Shown here one piece after another: positions 1 to 9,762 of a stretch of 64,000 nt of DNA. Within the stretch, counting starts at the first letter, position 1. The number at the start of each line of letters is the position of its first letter. The position numbers were made by a program, and so were the translations under genes. The notes beneath the pieces are model-generated. The model worked only from the letters and a program-made list of their open reading frames with translations. It made no database searches and had not been told where the DNA came from. Source of the DNA: Thermoplasmata archaeon (lineage in GTDB: Archaea > Thermoplasmatota > Thermoplasmata > Thermoplasmatales > GCA-001856825); NCBI GenBank assembly GCA_021816725.1, contig JAKAXD010000001.1, forward strand, positions 313,257 through 377,256, written 5' to 3'.

Positions 1-2
1 CG

Positions 3-581
3 TTCCAGAACGACCTTGACAAGAAGGAACATGCTGCGTTTATCCGAGGGAACGTCTTTGGACAAGAGGATGTCCCCGTCAGAATTCACTCAGAGTGCCT
101 TACAGGAGATGCAATAGGATCTCTCAGGTGTGACTGTAGGGAACAACTCGAGAAGTCACTAACCATACTTGGGAAGATGGATTTCGGTGTATTGCTTTAC
201 TTGCGACAGGAGGGAAGGGGGATAGGATTTGTAAATAAAATCAGGGCCTATCAACTTCAGGATGACGGCTATGATACCTTTGAAGCAAATAGGGCCTTGG
301 GGTTCAAGGAAGACGAAAGGGACTATGCAATTGCAGCTCACATGCTCTGGTCATTAGGCGTAAAATCTATTAGGCTTATGACAAACAATCCAAAAAAAGT
401 GGAAGACCTAAAATTTCATGGTGTCAAGATTACCGGAAGAATTCCCGTCATCATAAAACCCAACGAACATAACTCTTTCTACCTAGAGACCAAAAAAAAC
501 AAGGGTGGCCATTTGCTCGATAAGAATGAGGAAGAAAATTATATAGAGCAAGACGACGACCTAGTTGATTTCAGGTTGTGA
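3..581 (+). CDS. ribA: GTP cyclohydrolase II (5'-partial)
   Basis: The frame is open from the window edge and reads ...VPVRIHSECLTGDAIGSLRCDC...YLRQEGRGIG...RLMTNNPKK...GH, the Zn-binding and catalytic motifs of bacterial-type RibA. Confidence 0.93.
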   Translation, partial: FQNDLDKKEHAAFIRGNVFGQEDVPVRIHSECLTGDAIGSLRCDCREQLEKSLTILGKMDFGVLLYLRQEGRGIGFVNKIRAYQLQDDGYDTFEANRALGFKEDERDYAIAAHMLWSLGVKSIRLMTNNPKKVEDLKFHGVKITGRIPVIIKPNEHNSFYLETKKNKGGHLLDKNEEENYIEQDDDLVDFRL

Positions 582-1355
582 GGATAATGGCCTTGAATAA
601 AAGGAACTAGAGTTCAATTATCTGTTAGGTAGTATATCATTACTCGCATAACTAAGAAATGGATTTAGATTAACACTCAGCCCCAAATGCTGTTTTCTCC
701 CTTTTAACGTATAACTACAGTTATACATCGTTTTTTAACCCTGCAAGAATAACAGAATTTGACTATTTTTATTGGCATACGCTTTAAAATTAATATTTGA
801 GGTTAACTTTACTGTAGGCGAGTATTTGTACGTTTTATACTCCCAATTTCGTTAATTTGAATGTTGCCACAACTTGGTTCGTATGGGAGAGATGTATGTA
901 TCCAGACTGAACATTTGTTTGTAATTTGTCTTTGCTCGAATTTGAAATGAATTATCTATACTCTTACCTTACAGCCTTTTTCCTTCAAAGCTACCTGTTA
1001 CAGCTAACGGCGTAAATAAGAAGGTCTGAATGAAATAAGCCACCAAGAGTTAATGACTAACGACTAACGTATTATTGGGTCCTTTAGTCATTCAGAACTT
1101 GTTTGAGAAGCACGATCCAATTTAACATCAAAGATTATGCTAACTTGATAGACCCTTAGTTCCAGTCCTTATATCCCAATTCATTTTCGTCTTTCTTTTT
1201 CTAAGTGGCCACAATTTTGAGATATATCTTATTTAGTTAATTTTGTCTATTGACTCCAGATATTATATCAATAGTATTCCTATTTATATTTAAATATTCA
1301 GATATAATATTAATCGAATCGAAATTGTTAAGTATTGGTTAAAGAATTAATTTCT

Positions 1356-2955
1356 ATGGCTGAAAGTTTGCATCTGAAAAAGGCGCTTTTTTGGCGACCT
1401 TCTGATTTTGGGAATTGCTGGGGCTGTCGGCACTGGTATCTTGTTTTCGAGTGCTGCTATGACTGGAATTGCAGGTCCCGCAAGTATTTTGGCATGGTTG
1501 CTAGGGGGAATTTTCTATTTTTTCATCGGTTTAACTTATGTTGAACTATCTGCAACATACCCTGAGGCAGGAGGGCCATCAAGGTATGCCTTGTACACGC
1601 ATGGGTGGTTTACAAATTTAATCAACTCCTTTGCAGATCTCATATGGTATCTTTTCATTGCACCGATTGAATCGTTTGCCATTGTTTATGGATTAACCCT
1701 ATTCTATCCGAATTTAGTGACAGCCAAGGGATTCCCGACTATTGTTGGCGCTGCTTTAGCGGTCGTACTGCTGCTCATAATGATACCTTTCAACTACTTT
1801 GGTACAAGAGCGTTTGGGAAATCTACATTTTACTTCGGCTCAGTGAAACTAATCTTCTACCTAGCAATGGCGTTTGGACTTGCTGCAATATTCTTCCATG
1901 CTGCAAACTTCGCGATTTACGGCGGTGTTGCACCGTTTGGCTTTGCCGGTATTTTCGCTGCTACCCCTTTTGCAATGTTCGCCTTTGGCGGTATCAGGGT
2001 TCTTCCTGATTATGCGGAGGAGGCTCACAACTATCGCAGACTTCCTCTTATAATCATTTTAGTTGTCGTAGGGCAGCTCCTTATTTACCTGCTTATAGAT
2101 GCGGTCTTTGTTGCAGGTATCAACTGGTCGAAGCTAGGAATTACTCCCGGCAACTGGGCAGGAGTGGCAGGAATTTCCGGGAATCCATTTATAACCATGT
2201 CAAACAGTTACAATGCTCCTTTTCTGCTGGTTATCACTCTGATCATAGGTATCATTGGTCCATTTGTTGTGGGGTACGTATACCTGGGCGGTGGTTCCAG
2301 AATTATTTATGCAATGAGCAGGACAAGAATAATGCCACAAATTACAAAGGTGCTTCACAAGAGGTTCGTGATACCCTACTGGGCGATAATCCTTATAGCT
2401 GCTGTAGGTGCCTTCCTTGCCTTCCTATCTGCTCCCTTACCAAACATATACAGCCTCATAGAGGATGCAGTCGTGGCGGGATACATTGGCTTCTCTGTTA
2501 ACCCAGTGGCATTGATAGTGACCAGGAGACAGGGACAGGCCAAGTACAAACTCCCGGGTGGTAACATTATAGCACCCATTGCTTTCGCTGGTGCGGCGCT
2601 TATAATATTCTGGAGTGGATGGATCACTGTTTACTATGCCGTGCTTATACTGACCGGTGCAGTCATAGTATTTGGACTGATCTTGCCTGCAGCAAGACAC
2701 ACGGCACAGAGGGATCTTAAGAACGTGATGAATTCAGTCTGGTACATATTTTACATAATCTTCCTGCTTGTCATGACATACATCGGAAGCGACGGGGCTC
2801 TGAGCATACTGTCATTCTATGTCGCAACACTGGTAACTGTTGTAGTTTCACTTGTTGTGTTCTATCCACTAGGTATTCTCTCCGGCCTTAAGAACAAGCT
2901 TGATTTGCCCGAGTACAGAGGAGATGTGCAAGAGAGCGCTACCCCTGGGAAATAA
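1356..2955 (+). CDS. APC-family amino acid permease, apparent frameshift near 1387-1392
   Basis: Polytopic protein with GAVGTGILF, ELSATYPEAGG and YAEEA APC motifs. The N-terminus MAESLHLKKAL (ATG 1356) is in a different frame from GDLLILGIAG..., and the two join at a T6 run. Confidence 0.85.
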
Positions 2956-3891
2956 GTGAACCTGACCATGAGGACAATCTCTGACGATGGCATCCCTGAT
3001 AATGTGAATTATCAAGATGTGGTCAAGGAAATGAGAAGGGAATTCCTCATGGTTTCAGAAGGCAAGTCAAAAATACTTCACAGGAAAAGAATGTCTGCCG
3101 GGGATGGTACGCTTGATGTCATGGGGGCCATGAATGAAGTGGACAAGATAGGGGTGGTTAAACACTATTACTACGGGAAGAACATTGAATTCCTTATTTC
3201 CCTCTTCTCAATGGAAACCTCGGAAATTTTGCTTGCAGTCACTGGAAGAAAGCTTACTCGAATAAGAACTGCAGCTGCAACTGGCCTTGCAACAGATATC
3301 CTTTCCAGAAAGGATTCAAAAGTTCTCGGCTGCATAGGAAGTGGGTTCCAGGCCATAGAACAGATAAAGGCAATTTCACAGTTAAGGGGCATTGAACGTA
3401 TCATGATTAACGATATCAATGGCTCAAGGATGGAACACACCAGGGATATTCTGAAGGGAGAAGTGGATGCAGAAGTGGCCTTACTCCCAAAGGTTGACGA
3501 CAATTTTGCAAATGCAGACATTATAGTCACTGCAACTACCTCAAGAACTCCAGTCATTGAAGATAGATTTATAGGAAACAGGGTCCATATAAACTCAATT
3601 GGCAGCTATTTGCCAGAGATGATGGAAACTGAAACCGAGACCATATGCAGTTCCAGGATAGTCGCAGTCGACTCTATAGAAGAGACGGCAAACAGCTGCG
3701 GAGAACTTATTTCTTCCTTGTCGGCCGGATGCATTTCTAAAGGGGAAATAAATGAGTTCACTGATCTAGTGAAAGGTGATATCAAGATAAGGGAAGGTAC
3801 GGCGAGGGGTAACACATATTTCAAATCTATCGGTGTTGGTGTGGAGGACCTAGTGATAGCGAGGATGCTGTTCGAGGGTAAGTTGTCTTAA
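2956..3891 (+). CDS. Ornithine cyclodeaminase/mu-crystallin family NAD(P)-dependent imine reductase or amino acid dehydrogenase
   Basis: LTRIRTAAAT, Rossmann IGSGFQA, DIIVTATTS, HINSIGS and FKSIGVGVEDL motifs. Abuts the permease stop codon. Confidence 0.88.
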   Translation: MNLTMRTISDDGIPDNVNYQDVVKEMRREFLMVSEGKSKILHRKRMSAGDGTLDVMGAMNEVDKIGVVKHYYYGKNIEFLISLFSMETSEILLAVTGRKLTRIRTAAATGLATDILSRKDSKVLGCIGSGFQAIEQIKAISQLRGIERIMINDINGSRMEHTRDILKGEVDAEVALLPKVDDNFANADIIVTATTSRTPVIEDRFIGNRVHINSIGSYLPEMMETETETICSSRIVAVDSIEETANSCGELISSLSAGCISKGEINEFTDLVKGDIKIREGTARGNTYFKSIGVGVEDLVIARMLFEGKLS

Positions 3892-3911
3892 ATTTCTATC
3901 TTTATTTAGGA

Positions 3912-5111
3912 TCAGTACATAGTTCCAATTTCTTCGAACTTGGATCTTATCGGTTTCCCCTCCGCAAACCTGTGAGGCCTGAAAGCCCTCCAGTCGAAAG
4001 ATGCCTTATCTGGGTTGATCCCGGATACCATCTCAGAGGTAATCAAACCGTATGCGGGAGAAAGCTTAAAGCCGTGTCCACTCAATCCAGCACAAACGTA
4101 AACTCCTTCGAGACCCAGATAATCTAGGGGACTTATGATTGCCTGCCCATCGGGGGTCATATCATAAAGCCCATTTAAGGATGAAACGATTGTAGATTCA
4201 CCCATCTTGGGGATTCTGCTGACAAGTCTGGACATGTAGTCCTCTATGTAATCATACCCAGCTTCCTCAGGTACGGGCTTGTCAATGTCAACCATTTTTT
4301 TATCTATTGCAGGATCGAGACTTCCCACTGCACAGAGCGAATCTCCTTCCATCTTGTAATATGCAAGATTTGGAGGGTCCCATAATACAGGCTTGACCCC
4401 CTTCAATGATGTCGGTCTTTTCAGGTAAATAACTGAATGGAGTGATGCACCGATGGGAAGTAGACGTTCCCCTGGAATCCCGGAATCAGAGAGCAGCTTA
4501 TTTGTCCACACGTTTGTGGCCAATATTACCTTCTTGGCGGTGAACTTGTTCCCATTTCCTGAGGTTACTGTCACAATGTCGCTGTTTGACTCAACTGAAG
4601 AGACATTAGTTCCAGTCTTGACTGAAACGCCCCTCGATTGGGCTGACTGAATGAAGGAATTAGTGACGGCTACGGGGTCAGCATATCCACTCCAAGGCTC
4701 TGAAAGTACATAATCAAAATCATTCAGTGATACTCCAGGAAAGTACTTTTCAATCTCCTTAGGCGGCATTTCTTCCTCTTCAAGCCCAAGGTCTCTCAGC
4801 ATTGCTGCGTTCTTGCGAGCCAGCTCCTCTTCACTCCTGCTGAAAGGGAATATCATTCCTGTCTTGTGAAACCCGGAAAAACCGACAGAATCAAAATTAG
4901 AGATCACCCCGTATGAATACTTTGCCATTGAGGCAATTAAATCGTTGCTGTAATGAGTCCTGATTAACGCACTTGACTTTCCCGTGTTCCCTCCGGCAAT
5001 CCCCCCCTTTTCAAGCAGGAGAATTTTTCCCTTCAATCCTGATAGGTAATAGGAAATGCTAGCACCGGTGCTCCCTCCCCCAATTACGATGAAATCAAAA
5101 TCAACTGCCAC
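3912..5111 (-). CDS. FAD-dependent amine/D-amino acid oxidoreductase (DadA/sarcosine oxidase beta family)
   Basis: VIGGGSTG FAD motif, GNTGKSSALIR, YDMTPDGQAII, GLSGHGFKLSP. Confidence 0.88.
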   Translation of the reverse strand: MAVDFDFIVIGGGSTGASISYYLSGLKGKILLLEKGGIAGGNTGKSSALIRTHYSNDLIASMAKYSYGVISNFDSVGFSGFHKTGMIFPFSRSEEELARKNAAMLRDLGLEEEEMPPKEIEKYFPGVSLNDFDYVLSEPWSGYADPVAVTNSFIQSAQSRGVSVKTGTNVSSVESNSDIVTVTSGNGNKFTAKKVILATNVWTNKLLSDSGIPGERLLPIGASLHSVIYLKRPTSLKGVKPVLWDPPNLAYYKMEGDSLCAVGSLDPAIDKKMVDIDKPVPEEAGYDYIEDYMSRLVSRIPKMGESTIVSSLNGLYDMTPDGQAIISPLDYLGLEGVYVCAGLSGHGFKLSPAYGLITSEMVSGINPDKASFDWRAFRPHRFAEGKPIRSKFEEIGTMY

Positions 5112-5131
5112 TATTTTGCATGTCTTCTGCT

Positions 5132-5989
5132 CTATTTAGTTGTTGTCTTCTTCTTAGATATTTCCTTTATCATATCCCATTGTTCGTCAGAAAGTACAGA
5201 AAGGCCACTAAACTCGCCAGCGCCCCTCAACCACTCCCCTCCATCTATTGTCACAACCTCTCCGTTTATGAATGACGCCTCTTCAGAAACCAAGTATGTA
5301 GCAAGGTTCGCTATTTCATCCAGCTTCCCCGTTCTTCCCAGGGGTATGCGTTCCAGCATAGCCTGTTCCATTCCTTCCAGTGGAAACAGATTCTTCCTAG
5401 TAGCGGGAGTTGGGAATGCTCCCGGTGCAATAGCGACGTGTCTGATTCCATATTTTGCCCACTCAACGGCAAGGGATCTGACGACAGCCAAAACACCTGC
5501 CTTTGCAGCTGCAGACGGTACAACGTATGCTGAGCCTGTCCAGGCATAAGGTGTAACTATGTCCAATACTACCCCACCCCTCCTGCTTTTGATCCAGCGT
5601 TTCCCCATTTCAAGTGTCATGTATATTGTTCCGTGGAGAACGATGTTAAGGATAGAATCTACGGCATGAGGGGACAATTTCTCAGTGGGCGAAACGAAAT
5701 TCCCTGCAGCGTTGTTGACTAGTACGTCAATAGGACCTATTTCCTCCTGAAAGAAATCAAGTGTTTGGGATATCTGTTCCGGGTTCCTCACATCGCAGCT
5801 TCTGTAAGATGCGGTAATTCCATTTTTCCTGAAGTCATCAACTGCCTCCTTCAAGACATCCTCGCGCCTACCAAGGATTGCTATCTTTGCCCCCAGAGAG
5901 CCGTACTTTCTCGCAATACTGTTTCCTATTCCCGTTCCACCACCTGTAATCAAAATGGCTTTGTCCTTCAGCAGATCATTCCTGAACAT
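5132..5989 (-). CDS. SDR oxidoreductase, 2,4-dienoyl-CoA reductase-like
   Basis: ITGGGTGIG, NNAAGNF, SAAAKAGV (no catalytic Tyr, as in DECR), LAVEWAKYGIR, DGGEW. Confidence 0.85.
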   Translation of the reverse strand: MFRNDLLKDKAILITGGGTGIGNSIARKYGSLGAKIAILGRREDVLKEAVDDFRKNGITASYRSCDVRNPEQISQTLDFFQEEIGPIDVLVNNAAGNFVSPTEKLSPHAVDSILNIVLHGTIYMTLEMGKRWIKSRRGGVVLDIVTPYAWTGSAYVVPSAAAKAGVLAVVRSLAVEWAKYGIRHVAIAPGAFPTPATRKNLFPLEGMEQAMLERIPLGRTGKLDEIANLATYLVSEEASFINGEVVTIDGGEWLRGAGEFSGLSVLSDEQWDMIKEISKKKTTTK

Positions 5990-6078
5990 GATTTCTGATA
6001 TGCATTAACTACAATAAATAATGGCTGGAATCGATAGATGGAAATTAGTTGCCGTTCACTATTGTTTTATAAATATTG

Positions 6079-8187
6079 TCAGCTAAGAACCTGCCTATCT
6101 TCTGACGACCTCTTGATTATTGTTCTTCTTCCTTCCCAAGCTCTGCCTATTTTCCTCGTAAGGGTAAGTGAATTCAGGACTACAGAAGTTGAGCTCATCC
6201 CCATTGCAAGTGCTGCGAGCATAGGCAGGAAGGAGTATATTGAAAGCCCAAAAAAGGGAACAAGAATACCGCCAGCTACCGGTATGAGAACTGAGTTGTA
6301 TCCTACTGCCCATCCTATATTCTGTTTGATTTTTGATATCGTTTTTTCGCCTATTATTTTCACTAGCACAAGCTGTCTAAGGTCGTTATTTAGCAGAATT
6401 ATGTCACCGCTCTCCCTTGCAATATCCGTTCCTGAACCCATTGCTATCCCAACGTCTGCTGTTTCTAATGCTACGCTATCGTTTATTCCATCTCCTGTAA
6501 ACATTACATAGTCCCCTTCGTTCTGGTAATTCAGGACTATGTTCGATTTGCCTTCAGGGAGAACCTCTGCATGAACGCTGTCTACCCCCAGCATTCTTGC
6601 TACCCTCATTGCCTCGGTTCTGGAGTCTCCGGTGATGATAGTGGTCTTGATCCCCATCTCCTTCATCTTGGATATAGTCCATGCGGCACCTTCCCTAATC
6701 TTGTAATCAAGGGAGATTGTGCCGATTTCCTTTCCTTCCATCCGTACAGAAACAACGGAACCAGCAGCACCGCTTGATCTGTTCACACTGATTTCGCTTC
6801 CATTCACTCTTCCTGAGATACCCAATCCCGGCGTTTCCTTGATGTCAGTAGCAGGTTCCATTTTAACACCTATCTTTTTTGCTTCTCTAACTATGGCCTT
6901 CGCTATCGGGTGATTTGATGATGCCTCTACTGAAGCAGCTAGAGATAGAATCTTGCTCTCGTCTAAATCTGAAGTTTGGGAAGTGCCCATTATTGTCGGA
7001 TCAGACTCAGTCAAAGTTCCAGTCTTATCGAATATTGCCCTCGTCACCTTCGACAACCTATCTAGCGAACTAGTATTCTTGATTATTATACCGTTCCTGG
7101 AAGCGTAATTCGACGAAATCAAAAGCGTAATTGGCCCTGCCAACCCTATTGCACAAGGGCATGCTATCACAACAACCGATACAAAGACAAGTATTGCCGT
7201 TTCGAACGGCTGAGGGTATACTGTACTTGAAAGATAAAAATACCAAAACAAGCTGGAAAACAGCGCAGCTATTAACACAACTGGCACGAATATTGAGGAA
7301 AAGACATCCGCAATCCTTTGGACCTTTGCCCTCCCTGAAATGGCCCTCTGTATCAGTTCATAAATCTGTCGAATCGTGCTGTCTTTTCCTGTTCTTTCGA
7401 TTACGATCTTTAAAACTCCGTTTAAATTGGAGGTACCGGAAGTAACCTTCTGACCGACTGTTCTCAACACCGGGTGTTGCTCGCCGGTCAGCATTGATTC
7501 GTCAACGTCGCTCTCTCCATCGTAAATGGTACCATCGGCCGGAATCGTTTCTCCTGGCTTGACCATTATCTTATCACCTTTCCTGAGTTCATCTGTCTTC
7601 TTGTCTATCATCTGTCCGTCTTCCAATATCTTGTGAGATACATTTGGAACAAGAGAGAGAAGCTTTGAAGCTGATCTGTTTGCCCTTGTCTTAGTAATAT
7701 TCTCAATGAAATTTCCGGTAAGGATGAGAGTTATGATGAACGCAGATGCATCAAAAAATACGTCAGGATTCTGCGCTACCCCGTGAAAAAAAGTTACATA
7801 CGAGGAGTAAACAAAGGCAGTGATGGTCCCTAATGAAATCAGTACGTCCATGTTTCCCATTCTGCTTCGGATTGCATGGTATGCCCCCTCATAAAATCCA
7901 AATCCTGAGTACAGTTGAACCGGGATAGCTAGAATGAAAAGGAGAATGTCCTTCGTGATATAGCCGTTTAAAATTGCAGGTGAAACTGAATAATTTATAA
8001 CGATTATGGGGATAGCGAGAATCCATCCTACAAGCAGCCTCCTCTTAAGTCTTATGGCTTCTTTTTCAGGTGAGGTGTACTTCTCCTGGCAGCCTTTGGA
8101 GCAGAAATAAAATGTTTGTCCATCTATGGTTGATGTAATTGACCCTTCTTCAGGCACATACATTCCACAGACCGGGTCAGTTGGCAT
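6079..8187 (-). CDS. copA: Cu(I)-translocating P1B-type ATPase with N-terminal TRASH/YHS domain
   Basis: DPVCGM...YFCSKGC N-terminus, TGE, CPC, DKTGT, HP, GDGIND, YN and MxxSS motifs. Confidence 0.93.
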   Translation of the reverse strand: MPTDPVCGMYVPEEGSITSTIDGQTFYFCSKGCQEKYTSPEKEAIRLKRRLLVGWILAIPIIVINYSVSPAILNGYITKDILLFILAIPVQLYSGFGFYEGAYHAIRSRMGNMDVLISLGTITAFVYSSYVTFFHGVAQNPDVFFDASAFIITLILTGNFIENITKTRANRSASKLLSLVPNVSHKILEDGQMIDKKTDELRKGDKIMVKPGETIPADGTIYDGESDVDESMLTGEQHPVLRTVGQKVTSGTSNLNGVLKIVIERTGKDSTIRQIYELIQRAISGRAKVQRIADVFSSIFVPVVLIAALFSSLFWYFYLSSTVYPQPFETAILVFVSVVVIACPCAIGLAGPITLLISSNYASRNGIIIKNTSSLDRLSKVTRAIFDKTGTLTESDPTIMGTSQTSDLDESKILSLAASVEASSNHPIAKAIVREAKKIGVKMEPATDIKETPGLGISGRVNGSEISVNRSSGAAGSVVSVRMEGKEIGTISLDYKIREGAAWTISKMKEMGIKTTIITGDSRTEAMRVARMLGVDSVHAEVLPEGKSNIVLNYQNEGDYVMFTGDGINDSVALETADVGIAMGSGTDIARESGDIILLNNDLRQLVLVKIIGEKTISKIKQNIGWAVGYNSVLIPVAGGILVPFFGLSIYSFLPMLAALAMGMSSTSVVLNSLTLTRKIGRAWEGRRTIIKRSSEDRQVLS

Positions 8188-8200
8188 TCAGGTCAGCCCA

Positions 8201-8341
8201 TCATCTGGTGTATTTCAAGGGGTTTTTGTCAAATTCCATTTTGCAGTGGTTGCTGCAGAAATAGTAGGTTTTTCCTTTGTATTCAGTCCTGATTTCTGTG
8301 TCTTCCTTCACTTTCATTCCGCAAATAACATCTATTGCCAT
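8201..8341 (-). CDS. Small TRASH/YHS copper chaperone (46 aa, CopM/CopZ-like), absent from the ORF track
   Basis: Hand translation: MAIDVICGMKVKEDTEIRTEYKGKTYYFCSNHCKMEFDKNPLKYTR*. Lies directly upstream of copA and has the same Cys pattern as the CopA N-terminus. Confidence 0.9.
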   Translation of the reverse strand: MAIDVICGMKVKEDTEIRTEYKGKTYYFCSNHCKMEFDKNPLKYTR

Positions 8342-8343
8342 AG

Positions 8344-8361
8344 AAGGGCAATATTTCCCTT
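8344..8361. promoter_or_regulatory. Candidate operator in the divergent cop promoter
   Basis: AAGGGCAATATTTCCCTT is an 18-bp palindrome with one mismatch, 2 bp from the chaperone start codon. Confidence 0.45.
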
Positions 8362-8416
8362 TACTTAACGTTGTACTATACGAAATGTTAAAATAAGAAT
8401 TTAGCTTGTTTCCATT

Positions 8417-8947
8417 GTGAGAAGAAATTTTACAGACTTAGAACAAAGATTGATTGTATTGTTAAAGAAAAACTCAAGAATTACAATAACAGAAATTTCA
8501 AGGGAATTAAGTGTGAGCAGAATAACGGCAAAGAAGGCACTTGACTCATTGACAAAGAATGGCAGGATTAAACATTTCACCGTAACACTTGAGGATGAAG
8601 ACAGAGAAATGGTGCTCGTTAGAACGGATAACGCATCAATAATACCTTCAGAATATGTAATTGAAAGGTTCAGGCTTATTGACGGATCCTTTATCAGCGT
8701 ACTTTTTTATGAAGATCTCCTCTCAATAAAAGATGCCCATATCAAGGGTGTGGACATTGCCGTTTCAAGGGAGCAGAATGAGAATGTGTTCAGGATGGAG
8801 GGGATCCATTGCGACTATTGCGGCAATGAAATAAAGGGGAAGCCCATAATAGTTGATATCGGTGGAAAGACATATTATGCCTGCTGTCCCAATTGTGAAC
8901 GGGATCTCAAGAAGAGAAGGGAACTAATGCCAAATGTGGAAGGATGA
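8417..8947 (+). CDS. Copper-responsive transcription regulator (Lrp-like HTH plus C-terminal TRASH; CopT/CopR/CopY type)
   Basis: N-terminal HTH (LLKKNSRITITEISRELSVSR) and C-terminal CDYCG...YYACCPNC. Divergent from chaperone-copA. Confidence 0.87.
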   Translation: MRRNFTDLEQRLIVLLKKNSRITITEISRELSVSRITAKKALDSLTKNGRIKHFTVTLEDEDREMVLVRTDNASIIPSEYVIERFRLIDGSFISVLFYEDLLSIKDAHIKGVDIAVSREQNENVFRMEGIHCDYCGNEIKGKPIIVDIGGKTYYACCPNCERDLKKRRELMPNVEG

Positions 8948-9150
8948 ACCTCCCGTTTCCATAGAGTATTCTGATAAGGAAGAGAAGATGAGCAATATTC
9001 AGATTTTTCTAGTTTACAAAATGTTAACGAACTGCAGAACTGAATAGTCTCTTTGTAAAGACACAGATTATGTATTACTCTTGCATCATTATAATTAAGC
9101 AATGAAAGTCAACGATCGACAGGATACCCATCTCCGGAAGTGATTAATCA

Positions 9151-9498
9151 ATGGTAGGTGTTGATGGAAAGAAAACGAGGACGATCAAAGTGGGCAAAGG
9201 GGTAGTTCTAGTTGATGAAGATGTATTAGTGTATGCAATAGGTAAAACACTCATGATGGACTTGGCGGCTGAGAAAGGACCTTGCACGGATGATTACTGT
9301 AAGCTGATAATGAGCTTAAGTCTTGAAGTTCTGACCGACCTGCCTAACAAGAATTTGAAATTGTTTGATATGGGGAAGTGCGTCATAGCAATGACGGAGG
9401 CAGTGTACAGGTCTATCGACAGGGGGAGGGAGCAGGTTAAAATAAGTAAGACCTTCTCAGGAAATCTCTTGGCCAAAGGTTTCTCCCTGACAAAATGA
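9151..9498 (+). CDS. Hypothetical protein with CxxxxC motif
   Basis: 115-aa ORF with ATG start, GTGA upstream and no competing long ORF. Confidence 0.6.
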   Translation: MVGVDGKKTRTIKVGKGVVLVDEDVLVYAIGKTLMMDLAAEKGPCTDDYCKLIMSLSLEVLTDLPNKNLKLFDMGKCVIAMTEAVYRSIDRGREQVKISKTFSGNLLAKGFSLTK

Positions 9499-9579
9499 GC
9501 AAACTTTTGTCAAAGTGGAAGTTCTATTTGTCCCCCATTAGGAAGAGAAAGTAGATAATCTAGTTCATCTTCGTGATTT

Positions 9580-9726
9580 ATGGCGCTCGGAAAGAGGGAC
9601 CTAGACCGAAAGAAAAAGAACTTGGAGAACAAGCTCAAAGAATTAGAGGAAAAAGCTAGGAAAAACCCATTAAACAAAGCACTGCAAGAAGAGGTCGCAG
9701 AATTTAGAAAGAAATTAAAAGAATAA
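9580..9726 (+). CDS. Small basic coiled-coil protein (48 aa), absent from the ORF track
   Basis: MALGKRDLDRKKKNLENKLKELEEKARKNPLNKALQEEVAEFRKKLKE*. GTGA upstream, purine-rich coding composition, fills a gap. Confidence 0.7.
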   Translation: MALGKRDLDRKKKNLENKLKELEEKARKNPLNKALQEEVAEFRKKLKE

Positions 9727-9762
9727 AAAAAGAATTTAGGGCTTATTCACCTGATGATGGCT

